A DNA stretch of 30,453 bases. Origin: a bacterium. GTDB lineage: Bacteria; SZUA-182; DTGQ01; JAFGSM01. The stretch is taken from positions 1 to 30,453 of the forward strand of contig JBLIRP010000047.1 of assembly GCA_049472355.1 (NCBI GenBank), read 5' to 3'. How positions within the stretch are numbered: the stretch's first letter is position 1; every line of letters starts with the position of its first letter. Below the pieces are notes generated by a model, which searched no databases, had not been told where the DNA came from, and was given only the letters and a program-made list of their open reading frames with translations. The position numbers and the translations under genes were made by a program. Positions 1 to 9,772 of this stretch are shown here, in pieces.

Positions 1-2631
1 AAGGACCTCGGGAATCTGTGGGTCTATAGCGAGTCATCGTATACAAGCGCCCTGAGCCAGGGAAAGATTAAGACCTATAAGGATCCGTGGGGAAACAACT
101 ATACCCTGGCAGTGGGCACCAATCAGGTCTCCCTGACCACCAGGGGGCCCGACAAAAAATCCGGCACCCTGGATGATATCACCTACACCCTGCAGTATGA
201 GCAGGTCTACAAGCCAAACCCGGCTCCGGTGCGGCAGCAAGTCCCTATCGGCGGCGGATTGTGGGGAGGTCTATGGGGTATGCCTTTTGTGGGTGGCCAG
301 TTTTTCGCCCCTGCTCCCATGCTCGACATCAATCGCAACGCTCAGGGCCTAGCGTACGGCGCGTACGCCTCGGCTGCCTATGGCGGCACTGGCGGCACCG
401 TGGATGCCGGCGGCACCTATGTCGCGCAGACCAAGCAGGGTTTCATGAGTTCCCCCGAGCAGGGAGGGGAGACCCCCTCCGAGGGAACCGAGGAGACCGT
501 GGAGCCGCGAAGGGTGCGGAGGGATTTCCCCGAGACCCTCCTGTGGGAACCCTGCCTGATCACCGACCCGAACGGCACCGCCTTTCTCGATGCCAACATG
601 GCGGACTCCATCACCACCTGGCGGATGAGCACCATGGCCTCCGGCATGGACGGAAGTCTGGGAGGGAACACGGATGGGATCGTGGTGTTTCAGGAGTTCT
701 TCATCGACCTGGATCTGCCTGTTGCACTCACCCGCAACGACGAGATATCCCTTCCGGTCGCCATCTACAACTACCTGGAGGATTCCCAAAGCGTGCGCAT
801 CGTCATTGACACGAACAACCCATGGTTCGAACTCCTGGATACGAGCGAGAAGGAGGTTGACCTCGAGCCCGGCCAGGTGACATCAGTCCACTTCCGGATC
901 AGGGCACAGGAGGTCGGGTGGCATGAGCTCACCGTATTCGGGTACGGCACCAGCATGAGCGATGCAATCGCACGCACGATCGAGGTGCTCCCCGACGGTC
1001 TTGAATTCAATACCAGCATAAGCGACCGACTGGCAGGCAGCAGCATCGAGCGTACGGTCACCATCCCCGCGGACGCCATCGACAATGCCAGCAGGATCCT
1101 GGTCAAGGTCTATCCCGGCATCTTCAGCCAGGTGGTGGAGGGACTGGACAACCTGTTCAGGGTGCCTCACGGCTGTTTCACCCAGAGCACCACCATAACG
1201 TGGCCGAATGTGCTCGTTCTCGACTATATGCTCACCACCGACCAGATCACCCCTGAGATCGAGATGAAGGCCCGGGAGTACGTCAATCTCGGCTATCAGC
1301 GGCTTCTCACCTTCGAGTGCCCGAACGGCGGGTTCAGTTGGTACGGGAACGAACCGGCAAAGCCGGTGCTCACCGCCTACGGACTCATGGAGTTTACCGA
1401 TATGGCACGGGTGCAGTACGTGGACCCCGCCATGATCCAGCGCACCCAGGAGTGGCTCGTGGGCAAGCAGCAAAATGACGGGTCATGGCCGCCGGACCAA
1501 GTGAGGGAGCTCTTCAACGTGCTCAGCAACAACCTGCAGGCCACTGCATATGCGGTCTGGGCACTTATCCACTCCGGCTACTCCGCGCAGCACCAGAAGA
1601 TCATAAAGGGACTCGACTACGTGAGGGCGAATTGGGATGGGGTCCAGGACAACTATACCCTGGCCCTGTGTGCCCATGCGCTCCTGGAGGCCAATACGCA
1701 GGATTCCACAGGATTGCAAATCCTGGATATCCTGGAATCCACGAAGATCGTGGAGGGGGATACCATCCACTGGACCTCCACCCAGCCAAGCATGACCTAT
1801 TCAAGGGGCGGCTCCCTGACTCTGGAGACAACGGCCATGATCACCCTCGCCCTGATGAAGGCGGGCTGGAGATACCCGCAGAGCATCAACGGCGCGATCA
1901 ACTACATCATCCAGCACAGGGATGCCTTCGGCAACTGGGGACAGACCCAGGCCACGGTGCTCTGCCTCCGCGTGCTCATGACGGCCATGTCGGGTCAGAC
2001 CCAGGAGATGGAAGGGGATATCGTCATCGCCATCAACGGCCAGACACTGGACTATAACGACCTGCCCGTACTGAGGATCACCCCCGTGGACTCGAGCGTG
2101 GTGCGCCTCATCGACCTGAAACCTTACACTACGGAGGGTGACAACCAGGTAGGCATCAGCCTCGTCGGCGAGGGAAACCTCCTCTACCAGATCGTTGGCT
2201 CCTACTTCCTCCCCTGGCAGGGTGTCGGCATACCCACATCCCCGCAGCTCAAGATCGATCTGACCTACGACCGGCAGAACCTCACGGTGGATGACATCAT
2301 CCTGTGCACCGTGACCGCCACCAACACCGTGCCCGGGAGTGTGACCCAGATGGGCATGCTGGATCTCGGCATACCTCCGGGATTCAGGATCTTCTGGGAG
2401 GATTTCGAGGCGGCGATCGAGGAGGGAAAGATCTTCAAGTACGAATCCACGAACCGGCAGCTCACCCTGTACCTGCATCCCCTCCCCTACAACGAGCCCC
2501 TCTCCATCACCTACCGGCTCCAGGCGAAATACCCGCTGAAGGTCACCACACCGAGATCCAGGGTCTACGACTACTTCAACCCGGATATAGGGAATGAAAC
2601 CAGGCCCGTGATCCTCACGGTCACCGATTAA
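1..2631 (+). CDS. Alpha-2-macroglobulin family protein, 5'-truncated by the window edge
   Basis: The frame is open from base 1 (KDLGNLWVY...) into the 112..2631 ORF. Family motifs: RRDFPETLLW, ADSITTW, VFQEFFIDLDLPVALTRNDEI, thioester-site PHGCFTQ, GYQRLLTFE..GGFSWYG, terminal RVYDYFNP. Confidence 0.95.
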   Translation, partial: KDLGNLWVYSESSYTSALSQGKIKTYKDPWGNNYTLAVGTNQVSLTTRGPDKKSGTLDDITYTLQYEQVYKPNPAPVRQQVPIGGGLWGGLWGMPFVGGQFFAPAPMLDINRNAQGLAYGAYASAAYGGTGGTVDAGGTYVAQTKQGFMSSPEQGGETPSEGTEETVEPRRVRRDFPETLLWEPCLITDPNGTAFLDANMADSITTWRMSTMASGMDGSLGGNTDGIVVFQEFFIDLDLPVALTRNDEISLPVAIYNYLEDSQSVRIVIDTNNPWFELLDTSEKEVDLEPGQVTSVHFRIRAQEVGWHELTVFGYGTSMSDAIARTIEVLPDGLEFNTSISDRLAGSSIERTVTIPADAIDNASRILVKVYPGIFSQVVEGLDNLFRVPHGCFTQSTTITWPNVLVLDYMLTTDQITPEIEMKAREYVNLGYQRLLTFECPNGGFSWYGNEPAKPVLTAYGLMEFTDMARVQYVDPAMIQRTQEWLVGKQQNDGSWPPDQVRELFNVLSNNLQATAYAVWALIHSGYSAQHQKIIKGLDYVRANWDGVQDNYTLALCAHALLEANTQDSTGLQILDILESTKIVEGDTIHWTSTQPSMTYSRGGSLTLETTAMITLALMKAGWRYPQSINGAINYIIQHRDAFGNWGQTQATVLCLRVLMTAMSGQTQEMEGDIVIAINGQTLDYNDLPVLRITPVDSSVVRLIDLKPYTTEGDNQVGISLVGEGNLLYQIVGSYFLPWQGVGIPTSPQLKIDLTYDRQNLTVDDIILCTVTATNTVPGSVTQMGMLDLGIPPGFRIFWEDFEAAIEEGKIFKYESTNRQLTLYLHPLPYNEPLSITYRLQAKYPLKVTTPRSRVYDYFNPDIGNETRPVILTVTD

Positions 2632-2667
2632 CAACCGTTAGAGACACCGCAGCCTCTCTACGGATCA

Positions 2668-2705
2668 AGGGGGGACGGCCCTTCGGGCCGCCCCCCCTAA
2701 CTTTT
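2668..2705. terminator. GC-rich hairpin, probable intrinsic (possibly bidirectional) terminator
   Basis: AGGGGGG-A-CGGCC/CTTCG/GGCCG-C-CCCCCCT followed by AACTTTT, lying between two convergent stop codons. Confidence 0.7.
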
Positions 2706-2737
2706 CGTCCTTCCTTTTTCCCCACTTTTGTCGGGGA

Positions 2738-4705
2738 TCATCTACGCGATGAATGGCCGAAGATGACGTACGGGGACCCGGAAAATCCCCCAAAGAGGAG
2801 GGAGGGTGTTCCGAACCCGCTCAACGGATACCATTGCTGAAAACCGGAACCGAAGGGTGAAAGGGACAGGAAACCCGGCGAGCCGTACGTACCCGGTTGA
2901 TAGAACTGCCCGGGAAAGGCATATCCACTGTATGGTTGACTAAGGACCCGCCCGAATTGTGAAGGGTAGTAAAAATTGCTTCCGATAAAGGGCTGCTGCA
3001 GACCCTGGCTGAATTGCCCTCCGGGAAGGCCGCCCCCTGTATAGAATAATTGCTGAAGGTATGGGTAGAATGTGCTGGATAGGAGGCCGGGAGCGAAGCC
3101 GTAGGGGCCGGACCCACCTAAGAGGCTATAATACGGATACAGGGAAAATCCCGGTACATAGGGGTTGATATAGAACCCGCCAAACGGCACAGCAGTGCCT
3201 GTCCCGGAGGAGGAGGGATTTCCCTGCTGGGTGACGCTGGTATAATCCCACAGATGGTCATCCAGTCGATCAAGGGCCAGCCTCAGATTTATCAGGCCGT
3301 ATCCCAGTTTCTTTTCGCCGAACAAGGGGTCATCGATGACCGTGCTGGTTTCCCTGAGCAATTGTCTGAAGGTATGGACCGTAAAATTGGAGTCCCTCGA
3401 TCGGATCAATGCAGCCAACCCGCTTACAAAGGGGACCGACAGGGAGGTCCCTGAAATCGCTTTGATGTCGGTGGAATCGGGCACCAACGATACAATGGAT
3501 TCACCGGGGGCCACGACATCGATCCAGGTCCCGTATTGGGCGTTGTCACGCCGTACGATCTTATTCTGCGCATTCACCCTGATGGCCGTGGTCCCGATCA
3601 CGTTGTTGTATGCCGCAGGATAGGCCTCATTCTCTTCGTCTTCGTTGTCAGCAGGCGCCACGAATATGCAATTATAGGCCTCACATGCCTCGTCGATGGC
3701 GTCCTGCATGATCTCCGATCTGCTCGGGGTGGACATGCTGAGATTGATCACGTCTGCCCCCTTGTCTACCGCATATTCGACAGCCTGCGCAATCGTCCCG
3801 GTGGTCGAGGTCCCCTGGGTGAAGGGTTTTATTTTCCCGGTTTGTTCCTCCAGATGCTCCAAATAGCTCGTCTTGATGGGCAGAATCTTACAGCGGGGGG
3901 CAATACCGGGCACCCCGATCGCATTGTGATTGGCGGCAATGATCCCGGTGATGGGGGTGCCGTGCGGTACCACGTCCCTGATGTCATGCTCGGGAGGCAG
4001 GACGCCGCCGTCCAGTTCCGCAGAGTGGACATAGATATCAAAGCAGTAGGTTTTTCCGCTGTAAAGGTAGCATTCCTCGGAGGGAGCAGCCGGATTGATG
4101 GAGGCATCGGGGGGATATCGCTTGAACAGGGCCGGGCTCACAAACCTGTTTGCGAGGTCGGGATGGTCTACATCCACCCCGGAATCGATAACGGCAACGA
4201 TCACCTCCTCCGAACCCTTTTCCATATCCCAGGCCTCGTATGCCCCGATCAATGCATAGTAGTCGTAGGTCATCTGACCTATTGCCGGGTCAGGGGGAAC
4301 GGCCCTCGATCGGGTTATAAACTCCTTTTCCGCGGTAACAATGGCATCATGCTTCTCTAATAACCACGCTGTTATTGCATCCAGGTCAAGGCTCCCTTCG
4401 GTTACAAACCTGACCTTGTACCACCGGGCCAGTTGGCTTTCCGGGTCCCCCCTCGCAAACAGCTTTACAATCACCACCTCTGCATCGTATCCTGCAGACT
4501 GTAGATCCTCTGTCAGATCCTGTGCCAGGGATTCGATGAAATCGCCGGCCTTCCCTTCCATAACCATGCCCCTGGATATCTTTATGTTGAGCTCATTCGG
4601 CACAAATACCTGGGCACGACCAAGCCCAAAGGAGAATAGGAGGATTGACAGAACGATTACCGGCAAAATCCTCGTCTTTCTTGAAAGACCAAAATAACTA
4701 ACCAT
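2738..4705 (-). CDS. Secreted S8 (subtilisin-like) serine peptidase with a C-terminal Gly/Tyr/Pro/Phe-rich tail
   Basis: Catalytic motifs VAVIDSGVD, HGTPITG, GTSLSVPFVSG; oxyanion Asn in APADN; also GADVINLS and LGYGLIN. Signal peptide ends at GRA-Q. Start placed at ATG 4705 (GAGGA RBS) rather than 4762. Confidence 0.93.
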   Translation of the reverse strand: MVSYFGLSRKTRILPVIVLSILLFSFGLGRAQVFVPNELNIKISRGMVMEGKAGDFIESLAQDLTEDLQSAGYDAEVVIVKLFARGDPESQLARWYKVRFVTEGSLDLDAITAWLLEKHDAIVTAEKEFITRSRAVPPDPAIGQMTYDYYALIGAYEAWDMEKGSEEVIVAVIDSGVDVDHPDLANRFVSPALFKRYPPDASINPAAPSEECYLYSGKTYCFDIYVHSAELDGGVLPPEHDIRDVVPHGTPITGIIAANHNAIGVPGIAPRCKILPIKTSYLEHLEEQTGKIKPFTQGTSTTGTIAQAVEYAVDKGADVINLSMSTPSRSEIMQDAIDEACEAYNCIFVAPADNEDEENEAYPAAYNNVIGTTAIRVNAQNKIVRRDNAQYGTWIDVVAPGESIVSLVPDSTDIKAISGTSLSVPFVSGLAALIRSRDSNFTVHTFRQLLRETSTVIDDPLFGEKKLGYGLINLRLALDRLDDHLWDYTSVTQQGNPSSSGTGTAVPFGGFYINPYVPGFSLYPYYSLLGGSGPYGFAPGLLSSTFYPYLQQLFYTGGGLPGGQFSQGLQQPFIGSNFYYPSQFGRVLSQPYSGYAFPGQFYQPGTYGSPGFLSLSPFGSGFQQWYPLSGFGTPSLLFGGFSGSPYVIFGHSSRR

Positions 4706-5175
4706 TGCCGTCCTCTCATCCGTTACAAATTGATAGTGGTCCCTGATTAACCCCTCATACATAATTATACCATGATCATCGTCTTTGTGAACTATTCACC
4801 CGGAATCGTGTCCTGAAAATACCATATATCTGCATGAAAAATTTATTGTAATGTCTTGTGCTCACCTTAATGGTATGAGAACTTTTATGAAAGTTTTCAA
4901 TTAATCATTTGTTTTTACGAACTTTCATCCCTTTTTGTTATCGATAGACCATGGATGTTCAGTGGCAAATTCATATTCCCTCAGCCATGTTCTCTATCCG
5001 GTCACCTATCAGATCATGCATTCTGATTGTTATTTATCAGCATTACGGTCGCGACGGTCATTCCTCAAAAGGCAATTTGCAATTGGAATGTGTTGACGGT
5101 AATATAGACTCGTTTGTGGAAAACGGCTCTCATCATGGCATGGATCAATATTCACAGATCAGGAAGGGGCGTCAC

Positions 5176-5433
5176 ATGGATACGGTGAAGATAGGAAGGG
5201 ATTTCTTCGATACGATCAACAGCATGGAACGCGAGGAATTGATAAAACTCATCAATACGGAGGTGGGAGAGGAACTTACCCAGTACCTCCAAAACTACGC
5301 CCTCCGTGTGGCCTCTATCACCGATGATATGCAGGTGTTGAAGAGGAGCTTCTCTTCCATGCTTATCCTCGGTTACCTGCTCAGGGGGAAGGTGGAGTCT
5401 GCTCGACAAAACGATGCGCCACATACCAACTGA
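5176..5433 (+). CDS. Small hypothetical protein (85 aa, likely helical)
   Basis: AGGAAGGGG RBS before ATG 5176 (MDTVKIGRDFF...); protein-like composition; the upstream extension to 4951 looks non-coding. Confidence 0.7.
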   Translation: MDTVKIGRDFFDTINSMEREELIKLINTEVGEELTQYLQNYALRVASITDDMQVLKRSFSSMLILGYLLRGKVESARQNDAPHTN

Positions 5434-5550
5434 TACCCGATCATGCCGCATCCACAGTGCCCGGCGGCGTTTTTCCCCCGGGACTGATCCCCATGCCCCG
5501 GCCGAGGGCTCTACGACCGAAGCCATACGATAAGCGGTACTACATCCGGA

Positions 5551-8166
5551 CTACCGGATGCCGGGACCGGGGGCAAGGCAACCCTTCAAAAAATCTATCT
5601 CCTGCAGCCTCATTTCAACGGATTTCACCATCTCCTGCGGCATTCCCTCCTTCATAAGGACGAGGGCATCCCTGAGGGGGGTCCGTGACCGCTCCAATTC
5701 CCCCCGGTTGAACAGGATGGTTCCCAGTTCCAGGTGCAGGCGCGCATCCTTCGGTGAATCGGCGATGGCCTCTTCATAGGCATACAGGATCTCAGGATAA
5801 TCGGGATCGTGCTGCGGCCGTAAGGAAAGACCGACGCCGCATTCCTCGATCGCCTTACCAAGCATTTGTTTTCTCGATACCGTATCCGCCATCGAATTCC
5901 CCCGGGCATGTCCTGCATAGCATGCACTTAACAAGAAATGATAGGGTGCATAGAGTCCCACTATGGAACCATTGAGTTTTTCCAAAAGCCCTCGCGCCTT
6001 TTCATAATTTCCATATCCATAATAGGCCTCAGCAAGGAGGTACGAGGAGCTTATCGGATTGTCCACCCTCTCCAGTATCCTCGCAGCAGCCGTTGCCTCT
6101 TCAAACCGGCCGTTTCGCTCGTACAGGACGACGAGCCGGGTCACGACCCAGGGAAGCCCCGGCCGCATTTTGTTGAGAAGCTCGTACTGATGGAGGGCGC
6201 CCTCCGGTTCACCCTTTTCTTCGAGGCATCGCGCCAGGTAATACCGGGGCTGAGAAATGGGAAGGGTATATCCGTAGTATCCCTCCACCCCTTCATCAGC
6301 GAGGCCGCTGAATGTCCGGATCGCTTGATCATAGAGACCGGCTCGGAATAATAAATACCCAAGCATGAACCGCGCATAGGTATGATCCGGCTTGGTCCGG
6401 AGCACCTCCTCCCAGAACCGGATACCCTCCCGGCAGGCCCGTGAGGCGCCTCCGAGAAAACGGGCGGGGACCCGTGAGTCGTTGAATGGATTGAGGGCAA
6501 AGGCCACCTGAAATGCCGTGCGGGCACTTTTGCACTCCTGCCTGTTGAGCAGATCGAAGGCATTGCGCGCAGAGGTGCGGGCGTCACGGTCGACATCGAG
6601 CAGCAAGGTGAAATGCTCAACGGAGCCGGAGGGATGATTGACTCCCATAAAAATCAACACCAGCAGCAGTGCCCCTCCCAAAAACACCATCAGAGGGGAG
6701 ATATGCCGAAGTGTGTCCCTGACGCTTGTCGTGAGGGACTTCCCCTTGAACAGGGACATCGAGGATGATCCGAGGCTATAGATAAGCCCGACGAGATACA
6801 CCGCCCCTTCGTGGAGTGCATAGGCTGCAAAGGGGATCATAAAGGGAATTGCCGGAAGTCGCTGCCGGGAGGAGACAACAAAGAGGATGTTGAAAAAAAG
6901 GTAATTTCCCACCGCTGCGTACAAGAGCAGGTATCGCATGAATCCCCTGACACACAGGATCATTCCCAGAATCGCAAGGGGTATGACGAGGCCGAAGGTA
7001 AGCAAGGGAAATCGGCCGATCTCCCGGTCCAGGTAGAATACATTCCGAATGTCGTGGATTTCATAACGACTCCAGAAAAAGCGAAACTTCTGCAGAATGA
7101 GCCTCAGGTAATGGAGGGGAAACTCGGCGATAAAGTGCAGCGACCGTTCACACCAGAATGAGTTCGCCGGCAGCGGCGCATCCGAGGTCACCTCCGAGGT
7201 TACCACGGCCCCCTGAGCAAAATAGGGATAGAGATGAGGGGCAAAATCGGGCATCTGTTCGGTGTTGATCCCCGGCTCCCTTTCCACCTCCTTCAACAGA
7301 TAGGGATGGGCGCCGTAAAACCCTCGGGCCATGGGATTGTTTCCCTGGTAAAATACCTGCTCCGGACTCATTACGAATTGTAACCTGCCCTGGGAATGGT
7401 GGAAATTCCGGGCGAGAAGCGGGATCATAACGATGCAGAAGCCTGCCGCCACAAAGAAAAGGGCGTTGCCGATCCGAAGGGGCCTTTTAAATCCGATATA
7501 GATGATCCATACAACCACGCCGCACAACAAGATAGGGATGTTGGGACGGGTGGCCACCGACAATCCCAGGCCGATGCCGGGCAAAAGCCACAGCAGGGAG
7601 TTACGCCGGAAGACGGATTTCCCGGTGTATCCCTGGAGCGGGATGAGGCAGGGCCTCCCGTATTCAGAAAAGACACTTTTTTCGGCGCAATACAGGAGCA
7701 GATAGACGGAGAGCAGATTAAGGAAGATCACAACCGTCACCGGCGCCAAAACGTCTTCATACAGGATAAAGGGCTTATAGAACAGGGCGATCAGCCCGGC
7801 AATAACCGCAACGCGGGGATGAAAAAGGTAGGTGCAGATCATATAGATGAGGACGCAACCGAAGGCCCCTATGACCATCTGCAGGAGTATGTAATAGAAG
7901 TAGCTATTGGAGAGGACACGGTACAAAATGGTTATGAAACCGGTGTAGAGGGGGCTGAGGTTCAGAATCCTCGTGCCGATCGGGATGTCGGAAACGAGTT
8001 TATGCGCGACCCAGGGGTATTTGGAGAAGATGAGATAATTGTGTGACAATCGATCGAATAGCTGGGGGTGAAAGGTGGTGCTCACCAGAAAGAAACGCAC
8101 CAGAAACGCGCTTATGAAAATGGCAAACGCACACCAATCCCATGATCCTGAGGAAGGATGCCCCAT
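5551..8166 (-). CDS. Polytopic membrane glycosyltransferase (GT-C, PMT/ArnT-like) with C-terminal TPR repeats
   Basis: Many hydrophobic helices; SPLY, GLSVATRPN, FYQGNNP and SSRQRLP motifs; C-terminal TPR-like helices (ARFMLGYLLFRAGLYDQAIRTF, LHLELGTILFNRGELERS). Confidence 0.8.
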   Translation of the reverse strand: MGHPSSGSWDWCAFAIFISAFLVRFFLVSTTFHPQLFDRLSHNYLIFSKYPWVAHKLVSDIPIGTRILNLSPLYTGFITILYRVLSNSYFYYILLQMVIGAFGCVLIYMICTYLFHPRVAVIAGLIALFYKPFILYEDVLAPVTVVIFLNLLSVYLLLYCAEKSVFSEYGRPCLIPLQGYTGKSVFRRNSLLWLLPGIGLGLSVATRPNIPILLCGVVVWIIYIGFKRPLRIGNALFFVAAGFCIVMIPLLARNFHHSQGRLQFVMSPEQVFYQGNNPMARGFYGAHPYLLKEVEREPGINTEQMPDFAPHLYPYFAQGAVVTSEVTSDAPLPANSFWCERSLHFIAEFPLHYLRLILQKFRFFWSRYEIHDIRNVFYLDREIGRFPLLTFGLVIPLAILGMILCVRGFMRYLLLYAAVGNYLFFNILFVVSSRQRLPAIPFMIPFAAYALHEGAVYLVGLIYSLGSSSMSLFKGKSLTTSVRDTLRHISPLMVFLGGALLLVLIFMGVNHPSGSVEHFTLLLDVDRDARTSARNAFDLLNRQECKSARTAFQVAFALNPFNDSRVPARFLGGASRACREGIRFWEEVLRTKPDHTYARFMLGYLLFRAGLYDQAIRTFSGLADEGVEGYYGYTLPISQPRYYLARCLEEKGEPEGALHQYELLNKMRPGLPWVVTRLVVLYERNGRFEEATAAARILERVDNPISSSYLLAEAYYGYGNYEKARGLLEKLNGSIVGLYAPYHFLLSACYAGHARGNSMADTVSRKQMLGKAIEECGVGLSLRPQHDPDYPEILYAYEEAIADSPKDARLHLELGTILFNRGELERSRTPLRDALVLMKEGMPQEMVKSVEMRLQEIDFLKGCLAPGPGIR

Positions 8167-8252
8167 GTCGTCAAACGTGCGTATGGAAGACTCCTCTCCT
8201 ATCCTTTTGATTGATCAAGCGATTCCATCTCAAGAAACCATGCGAAGAACCC

Positions 8253-8281
8253 TTGACGCCGTTTGGCGCACAAGGCATAGT
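8253..8281 (+). promoter_or_regulatory. Candidate sigma70 promoter for the 8579 gene
   Basis: TTGACG-17 nt-CATAGT in the divergent intergenic region. Confidence 0.35.
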
Positions 8282-8578
8282 GTACCGTAACCACGCAAGC
8301 AGTATAGGAGAACCCTGCCTGCGGCCGGACACATGTGCCTTGAATAGAATATGTGTATATATGGTTACATCACAAATGTCAATGCTCAAACCCACACCCA
8401 AAACTCTGTCAGGCTGAGCGTAGCGAAGCACTATGCTCCCCTTTGCATTCACCAAACGGGCCCCCCTATCCGAGTAAAACCATAGTCCTCCATCATGATG
8501 CAGCGACAAAATAAAAAACGAGAATAAGGAAATCCCATTTTCAATAGTCTAATATATGTTAGAAAGGGGGGATACGCT

Positions 8579-9076
8579 ATGAACCTTAAAAAGTCGTTGT
8601 GCGTACTCGTTGTAGTGTGTGCAGTATTGATGTTTATCGTTTCTGTTGCTCCTGTTCGATCCGAGGTTGATACGGAGGATGACGAGACCAGAACCGCTCA
8701 ATTCCTTCCATACGGGACGTACGGATTATACGGCTCACCCTATGCAAGCCCCTATGGCCTGCAGTATCCGCCGTATGCCGCCTATGGGGGACTATACCCT
8801 TATGGGGGGATTCTTCCCTATGGGGGCATTCTTCCCTATGCGTCCTATGGGTCCTATGGATTGGGAATGAGTCCCTTCGGGGCACAAAACATCTATTACC
8901 CTATACCCCTTCAAGGGACGGGCTATGTATTTCAGGCTCCGTATCTACAAATAGCACCGTACCTTGGGGCGACGACATTCTGGCAGAACCAGTTTCCGAA
9001 TGCGGATTGGAGCAATGTACTTGCGGCACAGTTTCTTGGTCTCATCGATCTTTCCGGAATGCCTCGTCTATTCTAA
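8579..9076 (+). CDS. Secreted Tyr/Gly/Pro-rich low-complexity protein of unknown function
   Basis: AAAGGGGG RBS; signal peptide MNLKKSLCVLVVV...; short acidic stretch EVDTEDDE; then PYG/YG-rich repeats (PYGGIL twice); own terminator. Confidence 0.85.
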   Translation: MNLKKSLCVLVVVCAVLMFIVSVAPVRSEVDTEDDETRTAQFLPYGTYGLYGSPYASPYGLQYPPYAAYGGLYPYGGILPYGGILPYASYGSYGLGMSPFGAQNIYYPIPLQGTGYVFQAPYLQIAPYLGATTFWQNQFPNADWSNVLAAQFLGLIDLSGMPRLF

Positions 9077-9083
9077 AATCCGG

Positions 9084-9129
9084 AAACCCGTCAAGAATGC
9101 AGGCACCTGTCATTCTTGACGGGTTTTTT
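9084..9129 (+). terminator. Intrinsic terminator
   Basis: AAACCCGTCAAGAATG...CATTCTTGACGGGTTT inverted repeat running into a T tract, just after stop 9076. Confidence 0.9.
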
Positions 9130-9172
9130 CTTTCTGCAGCCGTATCCTGGCCGGACGCGGCCCTTGCGATCA

Positions 9173-9622
9173 TTATTCCTTCGAGTGACAATCATTGCAG
9201 ATGGTCGGACCTGAAGGATTCCCCTCGGTCTTCGTTTGCCTGTGACAATCAACGCAGCTCCTGCTCACCGTCTCCGCCTTGGCATGGAATGCGGCATAAA
9301 AGGAGTCGGTACCGCTTTTCGTTGCGGTGTTTGCATGGCACCCCTCCATCGAGCAGTTCCCAACGGTCAACGTCTCGAAGACCTTGTGATGGCATACGGT
9401 GCAGTCATGAGAGCTGTGTGTCTGGTGAGGAAAGGCCGCCTGCTCCTTTGTCATGTTTGTACCTTCAGGGACCGTGACCAGCACCTTTTCCGGGATCTTC
9501 ACCACACGGGCACCGGGTTCCTGGGCGCCGCCCGGATCGGGCGCCAATGCAATAAATAGCATGGCGATAAAGGTGATGATCATCCATACCATGACACCAT
9601 ATCCGAGTCCCTTTCTCATCAT
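9173..9622 (-). CDS. Tetraheme cytochrome c3 family (class III) protein, exported
   Basis: Heme sites CTVCHH, CSMEGCH (CX4CH), CVDCH, CNDCH; distal His motifs FPHQTH and YAAFH; N-terminal signal/membrane anchor; AAGGGGG RBS before ATG 9622. Confidence 0.92.
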   Translation of the reverse strand: MMRKGLGYGVMVWMIITFIAMLFIALAPDPGGAQEPGARVVKIPEKVLVTVPEGTNMTKEQAAFPHQTHSSHDCTVCHHKVFETLTVGNCSMEGCHANTATKSGTDSFYAAFHAKAETVSRSCVDCHRQTKTEGNPSGPTICNDCHSKE

Positions 9623-9772
9623 TGACATCCCCCTTCTGTTCACTGAGTTAGAGGTTTTCACCCCGCTTACCTTCCTTGAGAGAGATTTTCCCGCCCGCCC
9701 CTTCTGTGACGGCCCTTGCAGAAAGATATTCGCAGGCATATGTTACATGGTCTGCACATATGATTATATGGA

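Noticed and set aside
2635..2663. Imperfect hairpin CCGTTAGAGA...TCTCTACGG as a REP element
   Set aside because: Single imperfect copy next to a stronger terminator; not supportable.
4951..5175. Longer N-terminal extensions in the ORF track (also 4762, 9739, 15966, 20769, 25206, 29774)
   Set aside because: Downstream ATGs have clear RBSs and the extensions run through promoter-like DNA.
7605..7692. KSVF repeated twice in the glycosyltransferase loop
   Set aside because: Only four residues, poor DNA identity; at most an old small duplication.
8263..8278. TTGGCGC...GGCA as a sigma54 promoter for the 8579 gene
   Set aside because: GG-to-GC spacing is two bases too short; a sigma70-like match fits better.
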